Positions 28,246 to 36,455 of a stretch of DNA of 64,000 nt are shown one piece after another. Source of the DNA: an uncultured delta proteobacterium (GTDB lineage: Bacteria > Myxococcota_A > Polyangia > Palsa-1104); the NCBI GenBank assembly GCA_963785725.1, contig CAWAWS010000020.1:224001-288000 (forward strand). Reading direction: 5' to 3'. Made by a program: the position numbers and the translations under genes. The notes beneath the pieces were generated by a model. It saw only the letters and a program-made list of their open reading frames with translations, had not been told where the DNA came from and did not search any database. Numbering within the stretch: position 1 is the first letter of the stretch; every line of letters starts with the position of its first letter.

Positions 28246-29115
28246 GTGGGCTATTCGGCTCAGGATGTGGCGCAGCTATTGGGCGTGTCGCTGCGGCAGA
28301 TAAATGCATTCGTGCGCGCCGGCTTCTTGGCGCCGGCGACGGGCGACGACGGCCACGCGCAGTTCAGCTTTCAGGACGTCGTGTTGTTGCGCACGGCGCA
28401 AGGGCTGGTCGGCGCCGACATCGCGCCGGCGCGGGTCAAGCGCGCACTGAAGAAGCTCAAGCAGCAGCTGCCCGACGGTAAGCCGTTGACGGGTGTGAGC
28501 ATCGCCGCCGAAGGAAACCGCATCGTCGTGCGCGATGGTCGCACGCGCTGGAATCCCGAGTCGGGACAGGCGCTGTTCGATTTTCGCGTCGAAGAGCTGG
28601 CCAAAGACGCGGCGGCGCTGACCGACTTCAAGCCGCGCGCGCACAAAGCCGGTAAGGGACAGGCCAAAGCCGGCGACGGCGCTAAAGCGGACGACGCCGC
28701 CGAATATGGTGAAGATTGGTACGGCGTCGGCTGCGCGCGCGAGGACGAAGGCGATCGCGACGGCGCCATCGCCGCTTATAAGCGAGCGTTGAGCGCGGAC
28801 GAAGCGCACGTGGACGCGCATATCAACTTGGGACGCATGCTGCACGAGCGCGGCGAAACGCCGCAGGCCGTGCGTCATTACGAGCGGGCGTTGGAAATGC
28901 GGCCGGGGGACGCGATCGCGGCGTTCAATCTCGGGGTGGCGCTCGAAGATCAAGAGCGGCTCGACGAGGCGGCGCACGCTTATTTACAAGCGGTATCGAC
29001 GGATCCGCGTTCGGCCGATGCGCATTACAACTTGGCCGGTGTGTACGAGCGAATGGGCGATCGGGCGGGCGCGATTCGGCATTTGCGCGCGTACAAACAG
29101 CTGACGCGGCGCTGA
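28246..29115 (+). CDS. MerR-like HTH + tetratricopeptide repeat protein
   Basis: YS..DVA.LLGVS..Q...FSFQDV..LR HTH; GQ..FDF; about 4 TPRs (AHINLG, AAFNLG, AHYNLA). Confidence 0.85.
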   Translation: MGYSAQDVAQLLGVSLRQINAFVRAGFLAPATGDDGHAQFSFQDVVLLRTAQGLVGADIAPARVKRALKKLKQQLPDGKPLTGVSIAAEGNRIVVRDGRTRWNPESGQALFDFRVEELAKDAAALTDFKPRAHKAGKGQAKAGDGAKADDAAEYGEDWYGVGCAREDEGDRDGAIAAYKRALSADEAHVDAHINLGRMLHERGETPQAVRHYERALEMRPGDAIAAFNLGVALEDQERLDEAAHAYLQAVSTDPRSADAHYNLAGVYERMGDRAGAIRHLRAYKQLTRR

Positions 29116-29123
29116 GCGACGAT

Positions 29124-29219
29124 AGTTAGGCGCCTAACCATCGTCGACCTCGGTTGGTCCATCGCGACCAAAGTTAGGCGCCTGACCGTCGCCGGCCTCG
29201 CTTCGTCCATCGCCGCCAA
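29124..29219. repeat. Two tandem 48-bp units, each starting with a 14-bp palindrome
   Basis: Units 29124-29171 and 29172-29219 match at 40/48; GTTAGGCGCCTAAC (perfect) and GTTAGGCGCCTGAC. Confidence 0.8.
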
Positions 29220-29227
29220 GGCTCGGG

Positions 29228-30199
29228 TCACGCGATTTTGCGACGCTGCGTGCGCCGGAAGGCGCCGGGCGTGCCGCCCATGAAGCGGACGAAGGCGCGG
29301 CTGAACGAGGCCTCGCTGCGGTAGCCGACCTGCAGCGCGACCTCGCCCAAGCCGACGTCGCTGTCGATGAGGATTTGCGCGGCGCGGCGCATGCGCCAGC
29401 GCGCGACGTAACGCAGCGGCGGCTCGCCCACTTTCGCCAAGAAGCGCGCGGCGAACGCCGAGCGTGACAGGCCGGCGGCGCGGCCGAGCGATTCGATCGT
29501 CCAGTCCGCGGACGGCTCGGCGTGAACGAGCGCCAACGCCCGCGCCAGCGGCGCATCGGCCAGCGCCTTGAGCTCGCCGCAGCGGCCATGCTCGTGCTGA
29601 CCGGCACGGCGCAAGATGTCGATGAAGATGACCTCGCCGAGGCGGCTCAGCAGCGCGCGGCTGCCGCCCTGCGGCGACGCGGCTTCGGCGCGGAAGAGGC
29701 TCGCGGCGGCGGCCAGCGTCGGGCTGTCGTCGGACGTCGTCACCAAGAGCGGCGGGAGCTGCGCCAAGATCGCGCTGCGCGAGGAGGTCGAGATGCGAAA
29801 GCCGACACCGACGAAGCGCGTGCGCGCCCCGCCGCCGCCGCGCTGCTCGGCGGCGGCCAGCCGCGGACACGCCGACAGCTGCTGCAGCGGCGCGCGACTG
29901 GTCGGCGCGTCTCTGATCTCCATCGTCGTCGTCCGCACTTTGAGCAGCAGATCGCCGGTGCTCAGCATCGCCGCCGGTCGGCCGGCGGTCGACACGGCCG
30001 CCGTGCCGCGCAGGACGCTCAGCAACATGACGTCCACTTCGTCGTTGGGCTCGATGCGCAGCGCGAACGGCGCCGACAGCTCGAAGACGCCGTGCACCTG
30101 CGCCGACACGCGCATGAGGTCGATGAGATCCGACAGCGGATCGTGCGGATTTGGCGTGCCGGCAGGACGCTTGGACATTTTTTTTGGACTCTTCCGCAT
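29228..30199 (-). CDS. AraC-family regulator (cupin + HTH, RclR-like)
   Basis: DPLSDL N-terminus; W....L...AGLSRSAFAARF...VGEPP; GY.SEASFSRAF. Start may be 30178. Confidence 0.9.
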   Translation of the reverse strand: MRKSPKKMSKRPAGTPNPHDPLSDLIDLMRVSAQVHGVFELSAPFALRIEPNDEVDVMLLSVLRGTAAVSTAGRPAAMLSTGDLLLKVRTTTMEIRDAPTSRAPLQQLSACPRLAAAEQRGGGGARTRFVGVGFRISTSSRSAILAQLPPLLVTTSDDSPTLAAAASLFRAEAASPQGGSRALLSRLGEVIFIDILRRAGQHEHGRCGELKALADAPLARALALVHAEPSADWTIESLGRAAGLSRSAFAARFLAKVGEPPLRYVARWRMRRAAQILIDSDVGLGEVALQVGYRSEASFSRAFVRFMGGTPGAFRRTQRRKIA

Positions 30200-30265
30200 G
30201 GATCATCCTGTCGACGTGCGATATCAGTATGACACGAGTCGCCGCCGAGGCGACGTGGAGGCTCC

Positions 30266-30856
30266 GTGGCGCACCTCGATTCGACCGCTCTCGACCAGCT
30301 CTTCTTGCAGGCTCGCTCGCACAACGTTTGGCTCGATCGTCCGGTCAGCGACGACACGTTGCATCAGCTCTACGACTTGTCGCGTATGGGTCCGACGAGC
30401 GCCAACTCGACGCCGATGCGGCTCGTCTTCGTCAAGAGCCAGGCGGCCAAAGAGCGGCTCAAGCCGACGCTGGCGCCGATGAACGTCGACAAGACGATGT
30501 CGGCGCCGGTGACGGCGATCGTGGCGTTCGACCGCGAGTTCTACGAGCAGATGCCGAAGCTGTTTCCGCATCGTGACATGAAGCCGTTGTTCGCCGGCAT
30601 GCCGGAAGAGGCGCGCGATCGCATGGGCACGCTCAACGGCGCGCTGCAGGGCGCTTATCTCATCATGGCGGCGCGGGCGCTCGGGCTCGACGCCGGCCCG
30701 ATGGGTGGATTCGACGCCGCGAAGGTCGACGCCGAGTTTTTAGCGGGGACGAAGTGGAAGTCGCTGTTCTTGGTGAACCTCGGGTATGGCGACGGGGCCA
30801 AGCTGTTTCCGCGGAATCCGCGGCTGGATTTCGCGGAGGCGGCGCGGATCGAGTAA
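30266..30856 (+). CDS. rutE: RutE-type nitroreductase (malonic semialdehyde reductase family)
   Basis: LF..AR.HN.W, GPTSAN..P.R..FV, LQGAY...[30 protein letters not shown]. Confidence 0.85.
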   Translation: MAHLDSTALDQLFLQARSHNVWLDRPVSDDTLHQLYDLSRMGPTSANSTPMRLVFVKSQAAKERLKPTLAPMNVDKTMSAPVTAIVAFDREFYEQMPKLFPHRDMKPLFAGMPEEARDRMGTLNGALQGAYLIMAARALGLDAGPMGGFDAAKVDAEFLAGTKWKSLFLVNLGYGDGAKLFPRNPRLDFAEAARIE

Positions 30857-30881
30857 CGGCGGGCGGCGCGCCGCCGATCGG

Positions 30882-30923
30882 TGACTGACGGTCAGTCATG
30901 CGGCGCTGACTGACCGTCAGTCA
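30882..30923. repeat. Doublet of perfect 8-1-8 palindromes
   Basis: TGACTGAC-G-GTCAGTCA (30882) and TGACTGAC-C-GTCAGTCA (30907); period 25 bp. Confidence 0.85.
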
Positions 30924-31136
30924 TGTCGCGGCGGCGGGCGCTTTGGCTCGGGCGGCGGGCGGAGGCGCGCGGGCGGGCTGTGCCCGCGCGCGCCGGAGCT
31001 CCGTCGGGCCGGCCATCGGTTGAGCGCGCAAAGTGGCGAATGGTTTATGACGGGGTCGGTCTCGAAGCGCCGACGTTCGCCCACAAGATCAGGAAAGTCG
31101 AGATAGGCACGAGCCGCGGGTCGCCGAACGGTGCGC

Positions 31137-31182
31137 TACCGAACTATCGCGCCACCGAGCTATCGCCTTACTGAACTATCGC
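31137..31182. repeat. Three 14-bp direct repeats with 16-bp period
   Basis: TACCGAACTATCGC, CACCGAGCTATCGC, TACTGAACTATCGC. Confidence 0.75.
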
Positions 31183-31193
31183 TCTGCGGGTGG

Positions 31194-31709
31194 TCAGACG
31201 AGGACGGCGCCTTCGTGCTGCAGTAGCCACTGCTTGCGCGGCAGGCCGCCGCCGTAGCCGTGCAGCTTGCCGTCGGCGGCGACGACGCGATGGCAGGGCA
31301 CGACGATCGACACCGGGTTCGCGCCGTTCGCGGCGCCGACGGCGCGCACGGCGGCCGCGCTGCCGACGGCGCGCGCGAGCTCGCCGTACGAGCACGTCGC
31401 GCCGAGCGGAATGCGGCGCAGCGCGGCCCACACGCGCGCCTGGAACGCCGTGCCCCCCAAGTCGACGGCGATGTCGTCGACGGCGTGCAAGTCACCGGCG
31501 AGATAGTCGCGCACGCGGCCGATGGCGCCGCCCGGGTCGCGCGACGGCCGGAAGACGACCTCGCCGAAGCGGCCGCGCAAATGCGCCTGCAGACGCTCGC
31601 CGCGATCTTCGAAGACGAGGCCGCACAAGGCGTCGCCCAGTCCGTACAAGATGACGTCACCGACGGGCGTGGGCAACGTCGCGGTCGTGATGGTCGTGGG
31701 CTCGCTCAT
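31194..31709 (-). CDS. ogt: Methylated-DNA--protein-cysteine methyltransferase
   Basis: GTAFQ.RVW, SYGELA, RAVGAANGANP, PCHRV, GYGGG..RK..LL.HE. Confidence 0.95.
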   Translation of the reverse strand: MSEPTTITTATLPTPVGDVILYGLGDALCGLVFEDRGERLQAHLRGRFGEVVFRPSRDPGGAIGRVRDYLAGDLHAVDDIAVDLGGTAFQARVWAALRRIPLGATCSYGELARAVGSAAAVRAVGAANGANPVSIVVPCHRVVAADGKLHGYGGGLPRKQWLLQHEGAVLV

Positions 31710-33328
31710 CGAAAATTCTCACTCGTCCAGAGGTAGAGCGCGGCATACGCGCGAAATGGGCGCCAACGCTCGGCGCGCGCGATCAGCGCCTTTTCGTCGA
31801 GCGCCAGCGCGCGCCGCAGCCACAGATCGCCGGCGGGAAACGCGTCGGGCTCGCCGAGTCGCAGCGCGAGGTAGCTCGCCGTCCACGGGCCGACGCCGGG
31901 CAGCGCGACGAGGCGGGCGACGAGCGCGTCGAGCGGCAGCGTGCGATCGAGCGGCAGCGTGCGGTCGGCGACGGCCGTCGCCAGCGCCGCCAAGGCCACG
32001 CCACGCGCCCGCGGCATGCCGACGGCGCGCGCGATCGCGTCGGCGCCGGCCGCGGCCACGACCTCGGCGCGCGGAAAGCAATGGGTCAACGACGGCGCCG
32101 GCACGTCCAGCGGACGGCCGAACGCGGCAACGAAGCGGCCGGCGAGCGTCGTCGCGCCGGCGACCGAGACCTGCTGACCGAGGACGGCGCGCACGGCGAG
32201 CTCGAAGCCGTCCCAACCGCCCGGCACGCGCAATCCCGGCAGCGCATGAACGGCCGGCGCCAGCGCGCGGTCGCGCGCGAGCACGGCGGCGATGGACGCC
32301 GGATCGGCATTCAGATCGCATAGTCGCCGTAGGCGCTCGATGGCATCGCGGACGCCGCGCACGGACGGGATGCGCAAGCGGACGCGCAAGTGGCCGTCGT
32401 CGGCGCGCGCCTCGACGAGGCCACCGTCGGCGGTCGTGCGCCGGTAGACGTCGCCGGCGATGTGCTCGACGCCGGGAATCGCGCGGCCGGCGAGGAACGC
32501 GAGCAGCGCCGACCACGGCAGCGGCGCGCGAAACGGCAGCGCCAGCGCGAGCGCGCCCTCGTCCGCAAACGGCGCCGCCAGCTCGCTCGGTGGCGCCGGC
32601 ACGGAATCGACGGTGGCTCGCGCCGGCCTCTTCGCACGCTTTGCGCCGGCAATGTTCGACGCGGCTTCATGACCGATGCGCTTGCCACTCGCGATCCCCG
32701 TCGCGGCCGACTCGTCCCCGCGCTTTGCGGCGGCGGGCCGCACCGACGCCGCCTTCTTCCCTCGCGCCGCGCGCCGTTGCCGCAGCTCCGACGGCGTGCG
32801 TGCGAACGCCTTGCGCACCGCGCTGTTGAACGTGCGCACGCTGGCGAACCCGGCCGCGAACGCGACCTCCGCCAGCGACAGCTCCGTCTCGTCGATCAAC
32901 TGTCGCGCGAAGTGCGCCCGCCGCGTCTGCGCCACCGCCCACGGCGACGCCCCGACCTGCTCGGCAAACAGCCGCCGCAGATGGCGATCGCCGATCCCCA
33001 AGCGCTCCGCCAGCTGCGCCACGTCATCGTCGCCGCCGCCGGCGAGCGCGCCGTCGTCGATGAGCGCCAACGCCCGCTGCACCGTCGCCGACGTGCCCAG
33101 CCACACGCTCGCGTCCGGCCGACAGCGCGCGCACGCACGAAAGCCCGCCGCTTCCGCAGCCGCGGGATGGCCGTAAAAACGCACGTTGCGGCGCGCCGGA
33201 ATTCGCGCGGGACAACCCGGACGACAATAGATGCCGGTCGAGGTGACGGCCACGATGAAGCGCCCTTCGAAGCGGCGATCGCGGCTGGCCACGGCCCGAT
33301 AGAGCGCGTCTGCGTGCATGCCTTCCAT
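31706..33328 (-). CDS. alkA: Ada Zn-binding/AraC + AlkA 3-methyladenine glycosylase fusion
   Basis: TGIYCRPGC, GFRACARCRP, AraC HTH, FRAPLPW (AlkA_N), LGQQVSV, LPGVGPWTA, DAFPAGD. Confidence 0.92.
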   Translation of the reverse strand: MEGMHADALYRAVASRDRRFEGRFIVAVTSTGIYCRPGCPARIPARRNVRFYGHPAAAEAAGFRACARCRPDASVWLGTSATVQRALALIDDGALAGGGDDDVAQLAERLGIGDRHLRRLFAEQVGASPWAVAQTRRAHFARQLIDETELSLAEVAFAAGFASVRTFNSAVRKAFARTPSELRQRRAARGKKAASVRPAAAKRGDESAATGIASGKRIGHEAASNIAGAKRAKRPARATVDSVPAPPSELAAPFADEGALALALPFRAPLPWSALLAFLAGRAIPGVEHIAGDVYRRTTADGGLVEARADDGHLRVRLRIPSVRGVRDAIERLRRLCDLNADPASIAAVLARDRALAPAVHALPGLRVPGGWDGFELAVRAVLGQQVSVAGATTLAGRFVAAFGRPLDVPAPSLTHCFPRAEVVAAAGADAIARAVGMPRARGVALAALATAVADRTLPLDRTLPLDALVARLVALPGVGPWTASYLALRLGEPDAFPAGDLWLRRALALDEKALIARAERWRPFRAYAALYLWTSENFR

Positions 33329-33381
33329 GCCGTCGACAGATAGCGCGCGCGATCGGTCGCGTCTGGCCATTTCCGGACGTG

Positions 33382-33675
33382 TCAGCGCGGCAGTTCGATC
33401 GCCGGATTATCGACCCGTCTACGATAAATGAGCACGGTGCGACCGAGCACTTGCACGAGCTCGGCGCCGGCGGCTTCCGCGAGCGCCGCGCCGATCGCGC
33501 GCCGATCCGCGCCCGCCGACTCGCCGAGCTTGATCTTGATGAGCTCGTGCGTCGTCAGCGCGACATCGAGCGCACCGACGAGCCCTTCCGTCAGCCCATC
33601 CTTGCCCACTTGCACGACCGGATCGAGGTGATGCCCCAAACCACGGAGAAAGCTTCTCTGTTTACCCTTCAACAC
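33382..33675 (-). CDS. yhbY: YhbY/CRM-domain RNA-binding protein
   Basis: KQR.FLR..GH.L.PVVQVGK.GL, HELIKI, VQVLG...LIYR. Confidence 0.92.
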   Translation of the reverse strand: MLKGKQRSFLRGLGHHLDPVVQVGKDGLTEGLVGALDVALTTHELIKIKLGESAGADRRAIGAALAEAAGAELVQVLGRTVLIYRRRVDNPAIELPR

Positions 33676-33804
33676 CGGCTAGGAATACCACAAGGACGCC
33701 GGCCGCGCTGAAGAACGCCGCCGCGACGGCCGCGGTTCCGACATCGTCGACCGCCGACCAAAGCCGCTTTGTTTACCCGCTCAGCCGGGCTAGGAATAGA
33801 GCCA

Positions 33805-34521
33805 ATGGACGCCATTACCGTGCGCGGGCTCGACTTCACGTATCCGTCGGGCGCTTCCGTGCTGCGCCAGCTCGACTTCAGCGTGCCGACGGGCGCGCGC
33901 TGCCTGCTCGTGGGCGCGAACGGCACCGGCAAGACGACGCTGCTGTCGATCTTGGCCGGGCGACACATGATCCGGGACGAGATCGTGCGCGTCCTCGGTC
34001 GGCCCGCCTTCTCCGACACGTCGCTCGTGCAGGACGTCTCGTTCATCGGCGGTCAATTTCCGCTCGACGTCGACATCACCGTCGCCGAGATGCTCGATCG
34101 TCGCCCCGACGCCGATCCGGCGCGGCGCGACCAGCTCGTCGACGTGCTCGGCGTCGATCGGCGCTGGCGCATGTCCTACGTCAGCGATGGTCAGCGCCGC
34201 CGCGTGCAGCTGTTGTTGGGCCTCTTGTGGCCGTGCCGCGTGCTCCTGCTCGACGAGGTGACGACCGATCTCGACGTCATCGCGCGCGGCGACCTCTTGG
34301 CTTTCCTGCGCGCCCAAGGCACGTCGACTATCTTGTATGCGACGCACATTCTCGAGGGTCTCGAAGACTGGGCGACGCACCTCGCCTATCTCGACCATGG
34401 GCGCATCGCGCTCATGCAGCCGCTCGGCGAGGTCGCCGAATTCGCAGCGCTGAAAGCGGAAGGCGCGACGGCGCCGCTGTTGCGCCTCGTCGACCGCTGG
34501 CTCCGCCGCGACCGCCGATAA
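33805..34521 (+). CDS. Stand-alone ABC ATPase (Caf16/plant ABCI-like)
   Basis: GANGTGKT, SDGQRRRVQL, LLLDEVTTDLDV, YATHI. Confidence 0.85.
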   Translation: MDAITVRGLDFTYPSGASVLRQLDFSVPTGARCLLVGANGTGKTTLLSILAGRHMIRDEIVRVLGRPAFSDTSLVQDVSFIGGQFPLDVDITVAEMLDRRPDADPARRDQLVDVLGVDRRWRMSYVSDGQRRRVQLLLGLLWPCRVLLLDEVTTDLDVIARGDLLAFLRAQGTSTILYATHILEGLEDWATHLAYLDHGRIALMQPLGEVAEFAALKAEGATAPLLRLVDRWLRRDRR

Positions 34522-34548
34522 TTCGCGCGCTCCAGCGACGGCCGCCGC

Positions 34549-36237
34549 TCAGCCGACGGGGCGAACGGCGCGCGCGAACGCCTCGACGTCGAGCGCGTTC
34601 AGCACTTCGCCGCGCCGGACCCACCCGCGCCGCGCCGTATGCACGCCGAACCGCAGGTTGTGCATGCCCGTCGTCGAGTGCGCGTCGGTGGAGATGACGA
34701 AGCGAATGCCGCGCTCGCGCGCCTTGCGCACCCACTCGGGCGCGAGATCCAGTCGATAGGGATCGCCGTTGATCTCGATCGCCGCGCGCGACTCGGCGAC
34801 GGCGTCGAGCACCGCCTCGACGTCGCACGCGATCGGATCGCGCTTCAACACCAAGCGACCCAGCGCGTGACCCCAGATCTTGAAGACCGGCTGCTTCATC
34901 GCGTTCACGAGCCGCCGCGTCATCGTCGCCGAATCCATCTTCAGCCGCGAATGAATGCTGGCGATGACGATATCGAGCCGCTCGAGAATTCGGTCGGGAT
35001 AGTCGAGCGCGCCATCCTCGAGGATATCGCTCTCGGTGCCGCGCAAGAGCCGCACCTTCGTGGTCTCTTGCACGCGCGCTATTTCGTCCCACTGGCGCTG
35101 CAAGCGATCGATATCCACGCCGCTCGCATAGAACGCCGCCGGCGAATGATCGGTGATGGTCAGGTACTGCATGCCCATCGCCTCCGCCTCGCGCGCCATC
35201 TCGGCGACGCTGTTGCGGCCGTCGCTGTAGGTCGTGTGGCAGTGGGTCATGCCGCGGATGTCGTCGAGCGCGATGAGGTCCGTCGGCAGCTTGCCGTCGC
35301 CGGCCCCTTCGATTTCGCCGTCATCCTCGCGCAATTCGGGCGCAATCCACGTCAACTGCACGCGCTCGTAGACCTCGCGCTCCGTCGCCGCCGGCGCGTC
35401 GAGCGCGACGCCGCGCGCGGCGGCCAGCGCCTCCAGCCGCGCGACGTGCGCCGCCGAGCCGGTGGCGCGCCACAGCGCTGTCGCGAAGTCGCGCGGCGCC
35501 ACGACGTGCAGCTCGACGTGCAGACCATCCGACAGCTTGACGACGACGTCGCCGCCGTCGCGGGCGACGACCGACGCCACCTTCGCATAGGCCACGAGAT
35601 GCTCGACCACCGCCTCCGGCTCGTCGCTGGCGACGACGAAGTCGACATCCGCCGCCGTCTCGCGCCACCGCCGCAGCGAACCGGCGAGCTCGACCTTTTG
35701 CGCGGCGGCATGGCCGGCGAGATAGGCGGCGAGCGGCTCGGCCGCCTCCAGCGCGTCGACCAGCAGCACGCGCGAATCACGCTTTTCCCAGCGGTCCAGC
35801 GCCTCGAGCAGCTTCTCCTCCGTCTTCGCGCCGAAGCCTTTGATCGTCCGCACCTGCCCGTTCGTGCACGCCGCCCGCAGCTTTTCGATGCTGTCGACGC
35901 CCAGCGCCGTATGCAGCTGCTCGATCTTCTTGACCGTCAGCCCCGGCACCTGCGCCAGCTCGAGCACGCCCGGCGGTGACTCCGCGCGCAGCTTCTCCAG
36001 CTGCTGCGAGCTCCCCGTCGTCACGATCTCGGCGATGACCGCCGCCAACGCCGGCCCGATGCCGCGCGTCTCCGTCAGCCGCTGCTGTGCGACGAGCTCC
36101 GCCAGATCTTCGCGCAGCTCCTCGACGGCGCGCGCCCCGGTCTCGTAGGCGCGCGCGCGGAAACGATTGTCACCCTTGAGCTCGATATGAAGGCCGATCT
36201 CCCGCAAGAGCTCCGCGACGGCGAGCTTGTCTGTCAC
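34549..36237 (-). CDS. polX: DNA polymerase X / PHP-domain 3'-5' exonuclease
   Basis: FRARAY, HhH motifs, AGSLRR.RET..DVD, TGS..H, PELRE, HCHTTYSDG, TDHS, E.DIL.DG, STDAH. Confidence 0.93.
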   Translation of the reverse strand: MTDKLAVAELLREIGLHIELKGDNRFRARAYETGARAVEELREDLAELVAQQRLTETRGIGPALAAVIAEIVTTGSSQQLEKLRAESPPGVLELAQVPGLTVKKIEQLHTALGVDSIEKLRAACTNGQVRTIKGFGAKTEEKLLEALDRWEKRDSRVLLVDALEAAEPLAAYLAGHAAAQKVELAGSLRRWRETAADVDFVVASDEPEAVVEHLVAYAKVASVVARDGGDVVVKLSDGLHVELHVVAPRDFATALWRATGSAAHVARLEALAAARGVALDAPAATEREVYERVQLTWIAPELREDDGEIEGAGDGKLPTDLIALDDIRGMTHCHTTYSDGRNSVAEMAREAEAMGMQYLTITDHSPAAFYASGVDIDRLQRQWDEIARVQETTKVRLLRGTESDILEDGALDYPDRILERLDIVIASIHSRLKMDSATMTRRLVNAMKQPVFKIWGHALGRLVLKRDPIACDVEAVLDAVAESRAAIEINGDPYRLDLAPEWVRKARERGIRFVISTDAHSTTGMHNLRFGVHTARRGWVRRGEVLNALDVEAFARAVRPVG

Positions 36238-36286
36238 CCGCGTAAACGTAAGACCGGGCCGCGCACGAGTAAAGCCACATGCGCGC

Positions 36287-36327
36287 TAGTCAAGCAGCTT
36301 TACGATGTAGTCAAGCGAGCTTACGAT
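36287..36327 (+). repeat. 20-bp direct repeat (period 21) upstream of polX
   Basis: TAGTCAAGCAGCTTTACGAT and TAGTCAAGCGAGCTTACGAT. Confidence 0.7.
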
Positions 36328-36409
36328 CTCGACCGACCGCCCGCGATGCGCAGCCGCGGCCCGAGAGAACGCACGGAAATGAGTCGCAGACGAACGCGTG
36401 GAATACGGC

Positions 36410-36451
36410 ATCGTCAACCTACTTGACCGCTTCGTCAAGCAGGTTGACGAT
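36410..36451. repeat. 18-bp-stem hairpin built from two GTCAA-N5-TTGAC palindromes (possible terminator of the pal-like gene)
   Basis: ATCGTCAACCTACTTGAC-cgcttc-GTCAAGCAGGTTGACGAT; 17 of 18 bases paired. Confidence 0.75.
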
Positions 36452-36455
36452 CGGG

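Noticed and set aside
29124..29219. Possible mini-CRISPR (palindromic repeat plus spacer)
   Set aside because: Only two units, the would-be spacers are similar to each other, and no cas genes are present.
26603..36237. Prophage- or mobile-element-borne Ku (Gam-like)
   Set aside because: No phage, integrase or transposase genes; Ku has the basic C-terminal tail of chromosomal NHEJ Ku and housekeeping neighbours.
36287..36451. Possible CRISPR or iteron array
   Set aside because: Mixed orientation, irregular spacing, no unique spacers, and no rep or cas gene.
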